IMG/VR virus record: IMGVR_UViG_3300030397_000458
Coordinates: 1-61,915 of that record
Reading direction: 5' to 3' (one strand)
From: a virus
Lineage: Duplodnaviria > Caudoviricetes
DNA length: 61,915 bases
The notes below the pieces were generated by a model. That model was not told the DNA's origin and searched no databases. It saw only the letters and a list, made by a program, of their open reading frames with translations. This document shows positions 28,834 through 38,969 of the stretch, piece by piece. The translations under genes were made by a program, and so were the position numbers. The stretch's first letter is position 1; every line of letters begins with the position of its first letter.

Positions 28834-29093
28834 CTACTCCATTACCTCCTCCTCCTCTTCCTCCTCCTACGGAACCTATGATCAATGACTTGATTATTAA
28901 ATCAAATCACAGATTCCAAACAGTGCTTGCAACGATTCTGACGGTCTTACTGATTACGTCAATCGTCGCCGCAACAATGATCGGTCGGAGCGTTTCTTCA
29001 TCGATAGACGAGACGAGATCTATTGCAACGAAAGTCGATAGAAATATCACTTCTCTGAGCGAAGATGTGAACAATAATCGAGCATTCCGATGA
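28830..29093 (+). CDS. Small membrane protein
   Basis: Pro-rich N-terminus and one TM helix; ATGA overlap. Confidence 0.5.
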   Translation: MTTPLPPPPLPPPTEPMINDLIIKSNHRFQTVLATILTVLLITSIVAATMIGRSVSSSIDETRSIATKVDRNITSLSEDVNNNRAFR

Positions 29094-29441
29094 GGCATTT
29101 ATAGTAGTCGATTACAGAGGGATCATACAAGTATGGAGCGATGGGGCTGAAAAGTTATTCGGGTATTCTCAAAAAGAAGTAATGGGATACGGTCTTGCTC
29201 TTATTATTGATCCTGAGATCAGAGCACGGCATATTGAAGGATTCAACAGGATAATGCTACTGAAGGAGGACAAAATACGGTATAAAATTCTTGAGAGCAT
29301 GGCTGTAAATTCCAAACTGGAGAAAATCCCCGTACAGATACAGACATGGACCATTCCAGGTAAATTCGCTATTGCAAAGATAAAAAAGAAAAAGTGAATT
29401 TTGAATCCAAAAAAGAAAAATCAAAAAAAAGGAGCAACAAT

Positions 29442-29987
29442 ATGCAGTTCCGAGTAATCAGAGGTAGGCACGCACAAGCAGAGCCAGTCATCGACAAGCA
29501 TGGCAATCAGGTAATGGTTATCGACAATACCGATCCTGAAAGAAAGAGGAAAGTAGTCGCAAGGAAAAATGTGGTCTACAGTCCTGGGGATGTAGTCGAG
29601 ACAAACATCAACCTGGAGAAGAAATTCAACCAACCAGGATCTATCAAATTCGAGAGAATCCACCGATACTCTGACGATGATAGTCAAGAAGAGAGAACGC
29701 AAAGAAGGCGACGTAGACCACAAGCACAACAGCCACAGGCACAGCTTGAAGATATTGAAGAATCACACTCTCAAGATCCTGAAAGTGTCTCGGATCAGCA
29801 AGACGTTGACGAATCACTATCACCACCACAAGAAGAAAAAGAAGACGCGACGACAAAGAACCTCCGCAGAGCCCTGGGTAAGATGTCGAAGAAGTCACTG
29901 CTTGATATCGCGTCAGAGGAAGAAATTGATATAGGTGCTGCGACGACGAAAGAAGAGCTTATCGAAGTGCTCCTTAAAGGAATGTAA
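29442..29987 (+). CDS. Hypothetical head-region protein with C-terminal Rho-N/HeH-like helices
   Basis: L.KMSKKSL.DIA......TKEELIE.L; RBS GGAG. Confidence 0.55.
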   Translation: MQFRVIRGRHAQAEPVIDKHGNQVMVIDNTDPERKRKVVARKNVVYSPGDVVETNINLEKKFNQPGSIKFERIHRYSDDDSQEERTQRRRRRPQAQQPQAQLEDIEESHSQDPESVSDQQDVDESLSPPQEEKEDATTKNLRRALGKMSKKSLLDIASEEEIDIGAATTKEELIEVLLKGM

Positions 29988-29990
29988 CGG

Positions 29991-30419
29991 ATGGCAAGAA
30001 CAGATTCCGATGAAGTTATCGCGCTGCTGACACCTGGGAAAGATTACGATACAGTCAGTACGCCCAGTCTTACCCCGTTCATCAATGCGGCAACTGCAAT
30101 GGTGGATAGGGTAGCGACGTGCGCGACAACGAGAGGCATCACACTGACAGACGCTGAGCTGACAATAGTAGAGGCATGGTTAGCAGCACACCTCTACTGT
30201 ATGTCAGATCAAACATACGCGAGCAAGTCAACAGGAGGTGCATCAGGTAGCTTTCATGGTCAGACAGGTATGAATATTGACGCGACAAAGTACGGACAGA
30301 CAGCGCAAGACTTAGATCATTCAGGTTGCCTTTCTATGATCATGAAGAGGAGCAGAGCAAGAATCAAATGGCTAGGAAAGCCACAGAGCGAGAAGATTGA
30401 CTATGAGAGCAGAGACTAG
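29991..30419 (+). CDS. Head-tail adaptor
   Basis: FI.AA...V, E.WLAAH, T.YGQ.A..LD.SG motifs. Confidence 0.75.
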   Translation: MARTDSDEVIALLTPGKDYDTVSTPSLTPFINAATAMVDRVATCATTRGITLTDAELTIVEAWLAAHLYCMSDQTYASKSTGGASGSFHGQTGMNIDATKYGQTAQDLDHSGCLSMIMKRSRARIKWLGKPQSEKIDYESRD

Positions 30420-30458
30420 CCACAAAGAATGCTGAGTAAGTAAGCGAGTAAACAACAA

Positions 30459-31268
30459 ATGATAAAATTTGAATCCAAAAACGAGATTGATTACAGCTTA
30501 CTTTATGAATCAGCTCTGACGTGCCGTAGATCATATGACCACCACACTATCCACACAATCAGAAGAGGAACAGTCGAAGCACTGGTAGATGAAAAGCAAG
30601 AATATACGATCATCGCCATTAGAGGTACAGAGAATCTGACTGAATGGGCGCGTAACTGTTGGGCTCAAAAAGTCTCTCTACCCGAAGCACCTGATCTTAA
30701 GGTTCACAGAGGATTTTACGAGTCATCAGAGCAGATCATATTTGAGATAGCGAAAGTGATCAGAGGGCTGAAGCAACGATCAGAAGAGGGTAGATATAAC
30801 TCTCTTTCAGGAAAGAAAATGCCAGTGTACCTGGCTGGACATTCAGCAGGAGCTGCAATCGCTTCCATTCTCGGATTGAGACTGGGAGAAGATATATCGG
30901 GTATCCACTCATTTGGCAGTCCCAGGTGGTGCGACGGGGCTACAGCAAATCGAGCAGACGAGCTGCTCACAGACGACACTTTTCTGCGAGTAGTGAACAA
31001 GTGCGACCCTGTCCCTGGTGTGCCTTTCATGATAGCCGGATACAGGCATTGTGGGAAGAGGCTCTACATCAATTTGAGTAATCAGATATGCGACAAATGG
31101 CCACTGTTGGCGAGGATCTGGGACAGACTTAAGTACGTTTTGCTCAATTTCAAAAGTACGGGATTCTGGCAAGATTTGTATAACTTCCACAATATCGAGG
31201 AGTACGTTGTGGCTCTCTCAAATCGTGTGTGGCAGTCACAGCAAGAGAGCAGAGGAGCAGAGCTGTAA
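30459..31268 (+). CDS. Lipase class 3
   Basis: IRGTE, VHRGF, GHSAG nucleophile elbow, FGSPR, DPVP, YRH. Confidence 0.9.
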   Translation: MIKFESKNEIDYSLLYESALTCRRSYDHHTIHTIRRGTVEALVDEKQEYTIIAIRGTENLTEWARNCWAQKVSLPEAPDLKVHRGFYESSEQIIFEIAKVIRGLKQRSEEGRYNSLSGKKMPVYLAGHSAGAAIASILGLRLGEDISGIHSFGSPRWCDGATANRADELLTDDTFLRVVNKCDPVPGVPFMIAGYRHCGKRLYINLSNQICDKWPLLARIWDRLKYVLLNFKSTGFWQDLYNFHNIEEYVVALSNRVWQSQQESRGAEL

Positions 31269-31642
31269 TGCCGCCACTAGAACACGACAACTTGTGTCAA
31301 ACCGCTATTAAGTGGAGCAAAACAGGCTATGATAAGTTTGGCAACGAGACTGTAGGCGCATACTCAGAGCTGGCTGTTAGATGGGAATACGTACAGTCAG
31401 AGGCTCTCGACAAACAAGGAAACACTATCTCACTGGATGCCACAGTAGTAACGAGAGAAGAGGTCAACATAGGCGATCAGATGTGGTTAGGGACAAGTGA
31501 GGACTGGCTCGGGACAGGGAGTGAGGGCAACGAATCAAATGTTATGTATGTAGTAACACAAAACGTTGTCCCAGACCTGAAAAACAGGAATACAAGATAC
31601 AACTTAGGTCTGAAATTTTTCATGGACACACCAGCAACATGA
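31268..31642 (+). CDS. Head closure protein
   Basis: Position; GYDKFG and VRWE motifs. Confidence 0.6.
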   Translation: MPPLEHDNLCQTAIKWSKTGYDKFGNETVGAYSELAVRWEYVQSEALDKQGNTISLDATVVTREEVNIGDQMWLGTSEDWLGTGSEGNESNVMYVVTQNVVPDLKNRNTRYNLGLKFFMDTPAT

Positions 31643-32007
31643 TTGGTATCAAGATCGAAGGACTGAAAGACGTTAGTAGGGCTCTTGGTTCAGCCTCAAG
31701 GAAATACGGAGGAAGGTCTGGTAATCCGAGTGTGATAGTCGGCTTCACACAAAAGTATGCGTTGAAAGTACATGAAGACTTGAAAACACCTCACAGAGTA
31801 GGGCAAGCAAAGTACTTGGAGCAACCCGCACGCGAGCTGGAAAAAGAGCTGAGACAACTGATAGCTGCGGCTATGAAAGCCAAAGCAACACTATCAAAAG
31901 CATTACTCGTTGCAGGGCTAAGAATCCAACGAGAAGCACAGTTGCTTGTCCCTGTCGATACGGGGGCATTGAGGGCCAGCGCGTTCACAAGATATGAGAA
32001 AAAGTGA
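31639..32007 (+). CDS. HK97 gp10-like neck / tail completion protein
   Basis: YA..VHE, GQAKYLE.P and VPVDTG.LR.S motifs. Confidence 0.8.
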   Translation: MIGIKIEGLKDVSRALGSASRKYGGRSGNPSVIVGFTQKYALKVHEDLKTPHRVGQAKYLEQPARELEKELRQLIAAAMKAKATLSKALLVAGLRIQREAQLLVPVDTGALRASAFTRYEKK

Positions 32008-32014
32008 GCAAACA

Positions 32015-32905
32015 ATGAATCACATTTATGACAACAATAGAAGACGAGAGGACAACGAGCCGACATTAATGCAGATGCTGGCAAAAGCTACAATTTACTA
32101 CGTTGTGCTGATCGTTGTCGTCTATGTTCTGGTATCTCTCTTTCTTTCAGGAAAAGCTCAAGGAGGATACAGACCATCACTAGCTGTCATTCGTGTTCAG
32201 TCACACGGAGCAAGTGCTGTTTGCATCGCGTCGAATAAGCAAGAGAGCTGGCTTCTATCCTGTGCGCATATGTTTGCATACCCACCTGATGGCAGACCAG
32301 GCATCATGAGTTTGAATCCAAATTTGACTCGCAAGCCGATAGTCACTCACTCTGTTCCGCAAAAATATGCAATTAATAGACGAGCTACAGCTACTCTGGT
32401 AGCTGTGTCGGCGCGTGATGACTTGTCTCTCATCAAGATCAACAACGGAACGTATTATTACTGCTCTGTTGCTCCTGTTGGGTTCAGCTACAGCACAAGT
32501 GTCTACTCGTCAGGCTACGACAAAATGAGATGGCCAGTCACAGTTGACAAGACGTTTATTGTGCAAGATGAAACAAGAGGATTCACGTACACGAGAGGGA
32601 GACCAGTACCAGGTAGGTCAGGAGGAGGTCTGTTTGACAGTCGCACAGGCTACGTTGTCGGGATCGTTAAAGGATTCGAGCTGACGAACGGAAGAAGAGG
32701 TATCTACTTGAGTCATGACAGGATCATCAACTTTCTGATCAGAGTAAAGCCAGATTTAGTGCCTGGTTACAGACGCGCACAACAACGCATTAGTACACCA
32801 CAGCAACAATACTACGCACAACCAAAAGCGTATTCTCCGATAGCAAGACGTGCTCCGTTGCCAACATCGCCGATTTCTACGCCACAACCTCCGCCACCAT
32901 GCTGA
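32015..32905 (+). CDS. Membrane-anchored trypsin-like serine protease
   Basis: TM helix, LSCAH, DLSLI and PGRSGGGLF catalytic triad. Confidence 0.85.
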   Translation: MNHIYDNNRRREDNEPTLMQMLAKATIYYVVLIVVVYVLVSLFLSGKAQGGYRPSLAVIRVQSHGASAVCIASNKQESWLLSCAHMFAYPPDGRPGIMSLNPNLTRKPIVTHSVPQKYAINRRATATLVAVSARDDLSLIKINNGTYYYCSVAPVGFSYSTSVYSSGYDKMRWPVTVDKTFIVQDETRGFTYTRGRPVPGRSGGGLFDSRTGYVVGIVKGFELTNGRRGIYLSHDRIINFLIRVKPDLVPGYRRAQQRISTPQQQYYAQPKAYSPIARRAPLPTSPISTPQPPPPC

Positions 32906-32990
32906 AGTGTCGTATCTTACAGAATCGGTCGATTTTACCACACACTGTATAAAAAGTAACAAGACATTCAGAGGAAGAAACGAGCCAACA

Positions 32991-33503
32991 ATGAAAAAGC
33001 TATTATTGTTTCTAGTTCTCGCGACAATCGCAGCTCCACTGACTGCGCAAGTCAAGAATGAGACAACACCAGTCAAAAATTCGTGCTTCTTTTGGAGAGG
33101 GAGGACAGACAGACGTATCCGAGACCTGGAAGAACAGTTGAGGCAAGAGAGACTGCGGAGAGAGGTACAGCCACGGCAAGTAATTCCAGCACCTCCGCCA
33201 CAAGTAATCATCATTCCGCCACGATATCAGCCCAGGGTGGAAGGTAATCCTCGTGTGACTCCACCAGTCGAAGGCAACCCCAGAGTAATGCCACCTGTAG
33301 AAGGTAATCCACGTATCACACCACCCATAGAGGGTAGTCCCAGAATAACTCCGCCAACAGAAGGCAGTCCTCGCATCACACCTACGCCGAGAATTGAGGG
33401 GAGCCCAGGAGTAACGCCAGACGTTGGTGGTGTGCCTTTTATCCGTCTTAGCTCTCCTCCTTATCAGCGACTGACTGTGATCAGGAATGCTTTGTACAGG
33501 TAA
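32991..33503 (+). CDS. Secreted Pro-rich repeat protein
   Basis: MKKLLLFLVLATIAAPLTA signal peptide; repeats of P(V/I/T)EG(N/S)PR.TP. Confidence 0.65.
   Translation: MKKLLLFLVLATIAAPLTAQVKNETTPVKNSCFFWRGRTDRRIRDLEEQLRQERLRREVQPRQVIPAPPPQVIIIPPRYQPRVEGNPRVTPPVEGNPRVMPPVEGNPRITPPIEGSPRITPPTEGSPRITPTPRIEGSPGVTPDVGGVPFIRLSSPPYQRLTVIRNALYR
33235..33420 (+). repeat. About six degenerate 30-nt coding tandem repeats
   Basis: VEGNPRVTPP-type 10-aa units. Confidence 0.8.
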
Positions 33504-33559
33504 CGCACACACGCACAATAACGAATTTGGATTCAAAATCAGAAAAAAGGAGCAAAAGT

Positions 33560-34165
33560 ATGAACAAAGAACAAAGAGTCACAAACCATTCAAAGTGGGC
33601 GATCTTCACTGTGGCCATGTTTCTTATCTTCTATCTCTTTCTTTCAGGAAAGACGTGGGCGCAAAGAGTAATCGAACCCTGGGTAAAGCCTACAGACGTG
33701 AGGAACTTGTACGTTATTGGTGATACCTACCGATTCACGGGTAGCGACGGGAAACCAGCACTGGGATTTGCACTGCTCAAGCACTCGATTGTAGAGGGAT
33801 CAGTTGAGGCAATTGATATGCAAGCATTCAGATGGGTAGACAGAAAGGGTGAACCGCACGTCATCAAAGTGCCGTCTTCAAAAATAGGCCTTCTATCAGA
33901 GACTCCCTTGATCCTCTATCCATGTACAGAAGGCGAGTGTAAGGGATGGACATTCGTGAAGCCACCATTTAACGGAGTAACGGTACTATCTCCTACACCG
34001 AAAGCTCCTGATCCTGCACCAGCTCCTCCTGAGCCACGACCAGTACCAGCTCCTCCTGTAGCGAGACCGCCGAGCGTAATTGATACATCGGACATCAAGA
34101 ATTCTATCTACAGAAGAGAAGACACAAAAGCGTACAACAGGAATAAGAAAAGAGGAGGGAGGTAA
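33560..34165 (+). CDS. Hypothetical exported/membrane protein
   Basis: N-terminal TM/signal segment, Pro-rich linker; RBS AAGGAG. Confidence 0.6.
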   Translation: MNKEQRVTNHSKWAIFTVAMFLIFYLFLSGKTWAQRVIEPWVKPTDVRNLYVIGDTYRFTGSDGKPALGFALLKHSIVEGSVEAIDMQAFRWVDRKGEPHVIKVPSSKIGLLSETPLILYPCTEGECKGWTFVKPPFNGVTVLSPTPKAPDPAPAPPEPRPVPAPPVARPPSVIDTSDIKNSIYRREDTKAYNRNKKRGGR

Positions 34166-34167
34166 AA

Positions 34168-34524
34168 ATGTCACTAGAAGGACAACTATACAACGCTGCT
34201 GTAGGATTGACTGCTGACTTGATGAGCAAAGTCAAAGTAGACCTACCTCTCAATATGGAGATCGAGAAAGAAAAGGTAATCGTTGATTACATCAACATGA
34301 CTGCCGAGGTGCTACGAGCGTATTTCCACTATCTGGTTGCTTGTGAGAAATCCCCAGCATGGCCAGAGCCAACAGACACGACAGAGAATCTTGCAGCCCG
34401 CATTGAGAGCTTATTGAAAGCATCGACATCGGGAGCAGCTACAGAGATCGGTCAGAAAATTACGTCTCCTGTGCTTGGCGCGTTAGCTGAATCTATGAAA
34501 AGTAACCTGACAGGGAACAAGTAG
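34168..34524 (+). CDS. Hypothetical protein
   Basis: ORF with GGAGG RBS. Confidence 0.6.
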   Translation: MSLEGQLYNAAVGLTADLMSKVKVDLPLNMEIEKEKVIVDYINMTAEVLRAYFHYLVACEKSPAWPEPTDTTENLAARIESLLKASTSGAATEIGQKITSPVLGALAESMKSNLTGNK

Positions 34525-34549
34525 CGAAACAAGAAGGGAGAACAAGGAG

Positions 34550-35002
34550 ATGCCGGGACTGCTAACAAATCCTATTGATGAGATTGTGGGGCAGCTCATC
34601 ATAGATTTAGGTCTCGGTACTCTCCCCTCTACTCCTCCTTCTGTGTGGCCAGTGTACACGAGTCAAGAGCCACCTAATCCCGACAATTGTATTACTGTTT
34701 TTATTACGTCGCACAAAGATCATGGGAAATTCATGAAAGGAGGGCAACGTCAGAATCACTACGGAGCACAGGTGCGAGTGAGAGCAACGGATCACATTAC
34801 AGGCTGGCAGAAGATTAACAATATCGCGATCTCACTTGATGAGTCGGTTGCAAATGAAACAGTAGGAATCGACGCAAACCGTTACGTAATCCCCGCAGTC
34901 ACAATTGCATCAGGACCATTGAATATAGGACAAGAGACACCAGAAAGCAAACGAGTCATATTTACACTTAATGTGCTCGCTTCAATACGACAGACAGCAT
35001 AA
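34550..35002 (+). CDS. Tail terminator protein
   Basis: Position before major tail; EP..PD.CIT and QVRVR motifs. Confidence 0.7.
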   Translation: MPGLLTNPIDEIVGQLIIDLGLGTLPSTPPSVWPVYTSQEPPNPDNCITVFITSHKDHGKFMKGGQRQNHYGAQVRVRATDHITGWQKINNIAISLDESVANETVGIDANRYVIPAVTIASGPLNIGQETPESKRVIFTLNVLASIRQTA

Positions 35003-35057
35003 AAGACAGTACATCAAGCTACGAAATTTGAATCCAAATTCAGAATAGAGGAGAAAA

Positions 35058-35537
35058 ATGGCAAATCCTACAACCACAGCACTATCTACCCCGTCAGGAA
35101 TTGCTCTGCACGATGGGTTTTCATGTGCAATCGCGTTCGAGAGAGACCCCGATGTTTCACTATGGGAGAAGTCAGTTAAGCCACCAGGATTAGATGGCGG
35201 TGATCCAATCGAAACAACGACTATGCGCAACACAGCATGGCGGACAATGCGGAGCAGATCGCTCAAGACTTTGACACCTGTCACACTAACCGTTGCCTAC
35301 GACCCAAACGTTGCCAACAATATTGACAATAATCTCATTAATCAAGAGGGCTCCATCACGATACACTACCCAGACGGATCAACTTACGATTTCTTCGGAT
35401 ACTTACAGCTATTCGATCCAAGTGATCTGACAGAAGGTGAGCAACCCGAAGCGAGCGTAACAATCCAACCGACGAATTGGGATCCAGATAACGATGTTGA
35501 GGCTGGACCTGTGCTGACTGAGGTATCAGGAACATAG
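35058..35537 (+). CDS. Major tail protein
   Basis: PPG.DGG.PI.TT.M.N..WRT, YDP, FFGYL pattern; position. Confidence 0.75.
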   Translation: MANPTTTALSTPSGIALHDGFSCAIAFERDPDVSLWEKSVKPPGLDGGDPIETTTMRNTAWRTMRSRSLKTLTPVTLTVAYDPNVANNIDNNLINQEGSITIHYPDGSTYDFFGYLQLFDPSDLTEGEQPEASVTIQPTNWDPDNDVEAGPVLTEVSGT

Positions 35538-35600
35538 TCAGTTTTTTCTTTTTGCTAACCAGGAAATTCTCACACAAGATATTACGAAAGAGTAGCAACA

Positions 35601-35957
35601 ATGTTCAATTTCTCAAAGACACTCAAGACAATTTCAGCAATCATTGACGACGAGAAATATACACTCACAGAAGCATCTGCAAACGTAGTGCGACTCTACG
35701 AAAACAAACGCGCTGATTGTACTGTCCTGAAAGAAGGGAAAGTCATAGGTATTAAAGACCTGTCAATTCTCGACACATTCCTCCTCTCTCTGTGCATAAC
35801 GCACGACGAAACAAGCAAGCACGTAGACGTAGATACATTGCTCGCATGGCCGAACCGCATTGTAGAACCTATGGTCAAATGGGTTAAGGATAACAGCTTG
35901 ATCGACAGCAACGAGGAAGATGAGAAGGCGCATGAGGAAGAGGTAAAAAACGAGTAA
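35601..35957 (+). CDS. Tail assembly chaperone (G)
   Basis: Between major tail and tape measure; ends in ...KN slippery site. Confidence 0.75.
   Translation: MFNFSKTLKTISAIIDDEKYTLTEASANVVRLYENKRADCTVLKEGKVIGIKDLSILDTFLLSLCITHDETSKHVDVDTLLAWPNRIVEPMVKWVKDNSLIDSNEEDEKAHEEEVKNE
35945..35951 (+). promoter_or_regulatory. -1 programmed frameshift slippery site A-AAA-AAC
   Basis: The -1 frame is open (CGA GTA AGC TCG TTG...) and continues into ORF 35963-36373. Confidence 0.8.
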
Positions 35958-35962
35958 GCTCG

Positions 35963-36373
35963 TTGGAGCTGTTATTTGTTATCCAACGAGAATACTTTCA
36001 AGGGTTGACAATCTGGGAGATGATTGACAAACTCTCACACGTTGATTTGCTTATGTACATCGAGCACTACGGTAGGAGATTCGAGGAAGTCTCAAGAGAT
36101 AATCTGTACAGTGCTCAGATAGCGTGTGAAGTGAGTCGCGTTTTGTCTACAAAGCCAAACGAAATTAAGGTCTCAGACTTTATATTCTCTTTCAGGAAAA
36201 AAACTGGCGAATCGTCGGATTCTGAATCCAAAAACAAGATGCTGGCAAGCACACCACACCGACGCAGAGCCCATCAACGAGCGATAGGTACGCCAGCCGT
36301 GAGGAAGACTCGCAAGCCAGAAGACATCTCACCTGTCATCAAAGAGATTATGAAGAAAGAGAATGAGGAGTAA
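35963..36373 (+). CDS. Tail assembly chaperone frameshift extension (GT)
   Basis: In the -1 frame of the upstream ORF; no RBS or ATG. Confidence 0.72.
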   Translation: MELLFVIQREYFQGLTIWEMIDKLSHVDLLMYIEHYGRRFEEVSRDNLYSAQIACEVSRVLSTKPNEIKVSDFIFSFRKKTGESSDSESKNKMLASTPHRRRAHQRAIGTPAVRKTRKPEDISPVIKEIMKKENEE

Positions 36374-36375
36374 TC

Positions 36376-38928
36376 ATGGCGCAAGACATCGGAAAGCTCC
36401 TGATCAGAATTCAAGGTAACGCCGATCAATTCAAAAAGACTATAAGTCAGGTAGAGGAGCAATTCACTGCGTCAGTCAAGAAGATAGAAGACGAGGGCAA
36501 ATCTCTATTCAAGAAAATCACTCTTCCTCTCATTGCCTTTGGTGCATTAGGTGTCAAAGCGTTCTCTGACTTTGATAGTGCGATGACTAATTCGCTATCA
36601 ATCATGAAAACGACAGCAGATCAGCAGAAGAGGATGACTGATCAAGCACTTGAGCTCTCTACCAAAATGCCTCAATCAGCTCGTGAGCTAGCAGAGTCTT
36701 TCTTCTTCCTCGCATCAGCGGGTAAGGACGCTGAGCAAGCTATGGCATTGCTTCCAAGAGTTGCCGAGTTTGCGACTGCTGGTAACTTCAGCATGACAGA
36801 AGCCACAGACTTATTGACTGACGCACAGTCCGCATTAGGTTTGAGCTCAAAGAACGCTGCTGAAGATATGGAGAACATGATCAGACTCTCTGACGCGCTA
36901 GTTGAGGCAAACATGCTCGCTAACGCATCAGTAAGACAATTCGCACAAGCACTGACAGCAGATGCGGCTACAGCAGGTCGCGAGTTTGGCCAAGAGCTTG
37001 AGGAGATCGTGGTCGTCCTCGCAGCTTATGCGGACAAAGGAAAGAAAGCTGCTGAAGCTGGCAACCTGTACGGTCGCGCAACAAGACTCCTGCTAAAGTC
37101 AGCGAGAACGAATAAAGCAGAATTCGAGTCACTAGGTATTAAGCTTGTTGACGCACAAGGTAACTTCCGTAAGCTCAGGCACATCGTAAAAGATATGGAA
37201 GTCGCTTTCAAGGATATGACTAAGCCACAGCGAGTAGCTGCACTTGACTTGCTCGGATTCCAGACACTGGCACAAAAATCTATCCTTCCTTTGATCGGCA
37301 CATCTGACGCGATGACAGAATACGCTCTGAAAATGCAGTTGATGTCTAACACAACGAAGAAGGTATCAGAATTCCAGATGAAGAGCTTCGCCAATCAGAT
37401 GAAGCTCCTAAAAGAAGATATCACAAATGTCTTCATCGCAATTGGCCAACAACTTGCGCCGATACTTGGAGTACTGGCGAAAGGTCTTCAATCGGTCATC
37501 GCTGGATACAAGAATCTGAGCCCCACAATAAAATCTGTTATTGGTTTCATCGTTGGTTTAGCTGCTGCAATTGGTCCTCTCTTGCTCGCGTTCGTAGCCC
37601 TGAGAAAAGTTATCTTCGCGCTACAGATTGGTGCATTTGCTGCGAAGATGAACACAGCAGGTGGGGCAGTCACAAAATGGGGATTGAGACTAGGTGCTGT
37701 TGCGTTAGCAGTAACGCTCTTTCGAGACCATATTCTCGGGGCTGCAAAAGCGGCAAACAGATTGAACGAATCCCTTAAAGAGACAACGAATCTCACAGAT
37801 CAGATGATCAAATCTTATGATAAAGGCACACTCAAAGCTATTGAAGCATCGAACGCAGAAGATGACTTCGCAAAGAAAAAAGATATTCTCAATAAGGAGA
37901 TGAAAAAACGTAATAATATGCTTGAAGCACGGAACAGAGAGATCAACAAGCATAAAGAGAAAATAGCAGACCAGAATTTCATCGGCGATGTTGGCAGAAA
38001 TATAGGTAATTTCTTTGGTGGTGGCGATGCTCAAGGAGATGAAAAAGCAAGGATCAAGCAGCACACGCGAGAAGCACAAGCACACCGCGACGCACTGAAC
38101 AGTATCAAGGAAGAGCTAAAGAAGATCGAAGAGCAAGAGAAGAAAGTCACGAAAGCCCGCGAAGATCGAACGCACATCAAAGTGCAGACTGACAAGCTTA
38201 TCTCTGACTTGAAAAGATATACTGACACGCTTGGAATGTCAGGTTTTGAGAAAGATATCTTCAAAATCAAAAGTGCAGGTGCGACAAAGAAAGAGCTGGC
38301 AGAAGTCACAAAGGCACTGGAGAAATATAAGAAAGCTCGCAAAGCATTAGAAGACAAAGAAGCTGCACAGCAAAAGGCGCGTCGAATTGAGAGTGATAAG
38401 AAGAGAGAAGGAGAATTTCTCAAACAGAGATTTATGGACCCAGCAAAGAAAGCCCAGATAGAGAAAACTCGCATTACTCAGCTCTTCGATGAGGGTCATA
38501 TTGATGCTGAGACATACAAAAAAGCTGTGAAAGAAGTTGAGGACAGTATCAAAGACGTTGGACGTGCAGCAGACGATACGCGCAACAGACTAAAAGGAAT
38601 GACTGGCGTAGGATTCAACAGCGCAGAAGCACAAGCACGTATCAGGCAGTACAGAGACTCGGCAGGACTGGCTCAGAAGAGCATGAGCAAGAGGAAAGAT
38701 ATGCCTTTCGTTCCGCCGGTTAATCCGTTTGCACCTCAAGACTTCAATGCGTTAGGCAACGGAGGAGTGAATACAGGGACTATTAGTGCTGGTGGATTAC
38801 GCGCAGCATTCGCAGATGTAGGACCAGGGAAGAAGAATACTGAGCTACTTGATGCTATCAGGCAGCACCTCAAAGATATCGCAGAAGGAAAGAGCACAGG
38901 TGGAACGGTCATAGGTGTAGGTCTATAA
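36376..38928 (+). CDS. Tape measure protein (TP901 family)
   Basis: 850 aa Ala-rich helical protein; FD.AM and A.ELA....LASAG motifs. Confidence 0.92.
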   Translation: MAQDIGKLLIRIQGNADQFKKTISQVEEQFTASVKKIEDEGKSLFKKITLPLIAFGALGVKAFSDFDSAMTNSLSIMKTTADQQKRMTDQALELSTKMPQSARELAESFFFLASAGKDAEQAMALLPRVAEFATAGNFSMTEATDLLTDAQSALGLSSKNAAEDMENMIRLSDALVEANMLANASVRQFAQALTADAATAGREFGQELEEIVVVLAAYADKGKKAAEAGNLYGRATRLLLKSARTNKAEFESLGIKLVDAQGNFRKLRHIVKDMEVAFKDMTKPQRVAALDLLGFQTLAQKSILPLIGTSDAMTEYALKMQLMSNTTKKVSEFQMKSFANQMKLLKEDITNVFIAIGQQLAPILGVLAKGLQSVIAGYKNLSPTIKSVIGFIVGLAAAIGPLLLAFVALRKVIFALQIGAFAAKMNTAGGAVTKWGLRLGAVALAVTLFRDHILGAAKAANRLNESLKETTNLTDQMIKSYDKGTLKAIEASNAEDDFAKKKDILNKEMKKRNNMLEARNREINKHKEKIADQNFIGDVGRNIGNFFGGGDAQGDEKARIKQHTREAQAHRDALNSIKEELKKIEEQEKKVTKAREDRTHIKVQTDKLISDLKRYTDTLGMSGFEKDIFKIKSAGATKKELAEVTKALEKYKKARKALEDKEAAQQKARRIESDKKREGEFLKQRFMDPAKKAQIEKTRITQLFDEGHIDAETYKKAVKEVEDSIKDVGRAADDTRNRLKGMTGVGFNSAEAQARIRQYRDSAGLAQKSMSKRKDMPFVPPVNPFAPQDFNALGNGGVNTGTISAGGLRAAFADVGPGKKNTELLDAIRQHLKDIAEGKSTGGTVIGVGL

Positions 38929-38969
38929 CGAGGATCACATAAAGATAGCGAAAAAGAGGTAGCAACATC

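Noticed and set aside
35945-36373. Apparent broken gene upstream of the tape measure
   Set aside because: Explained by the well-known -1 frameshift of tail assembly chaperones
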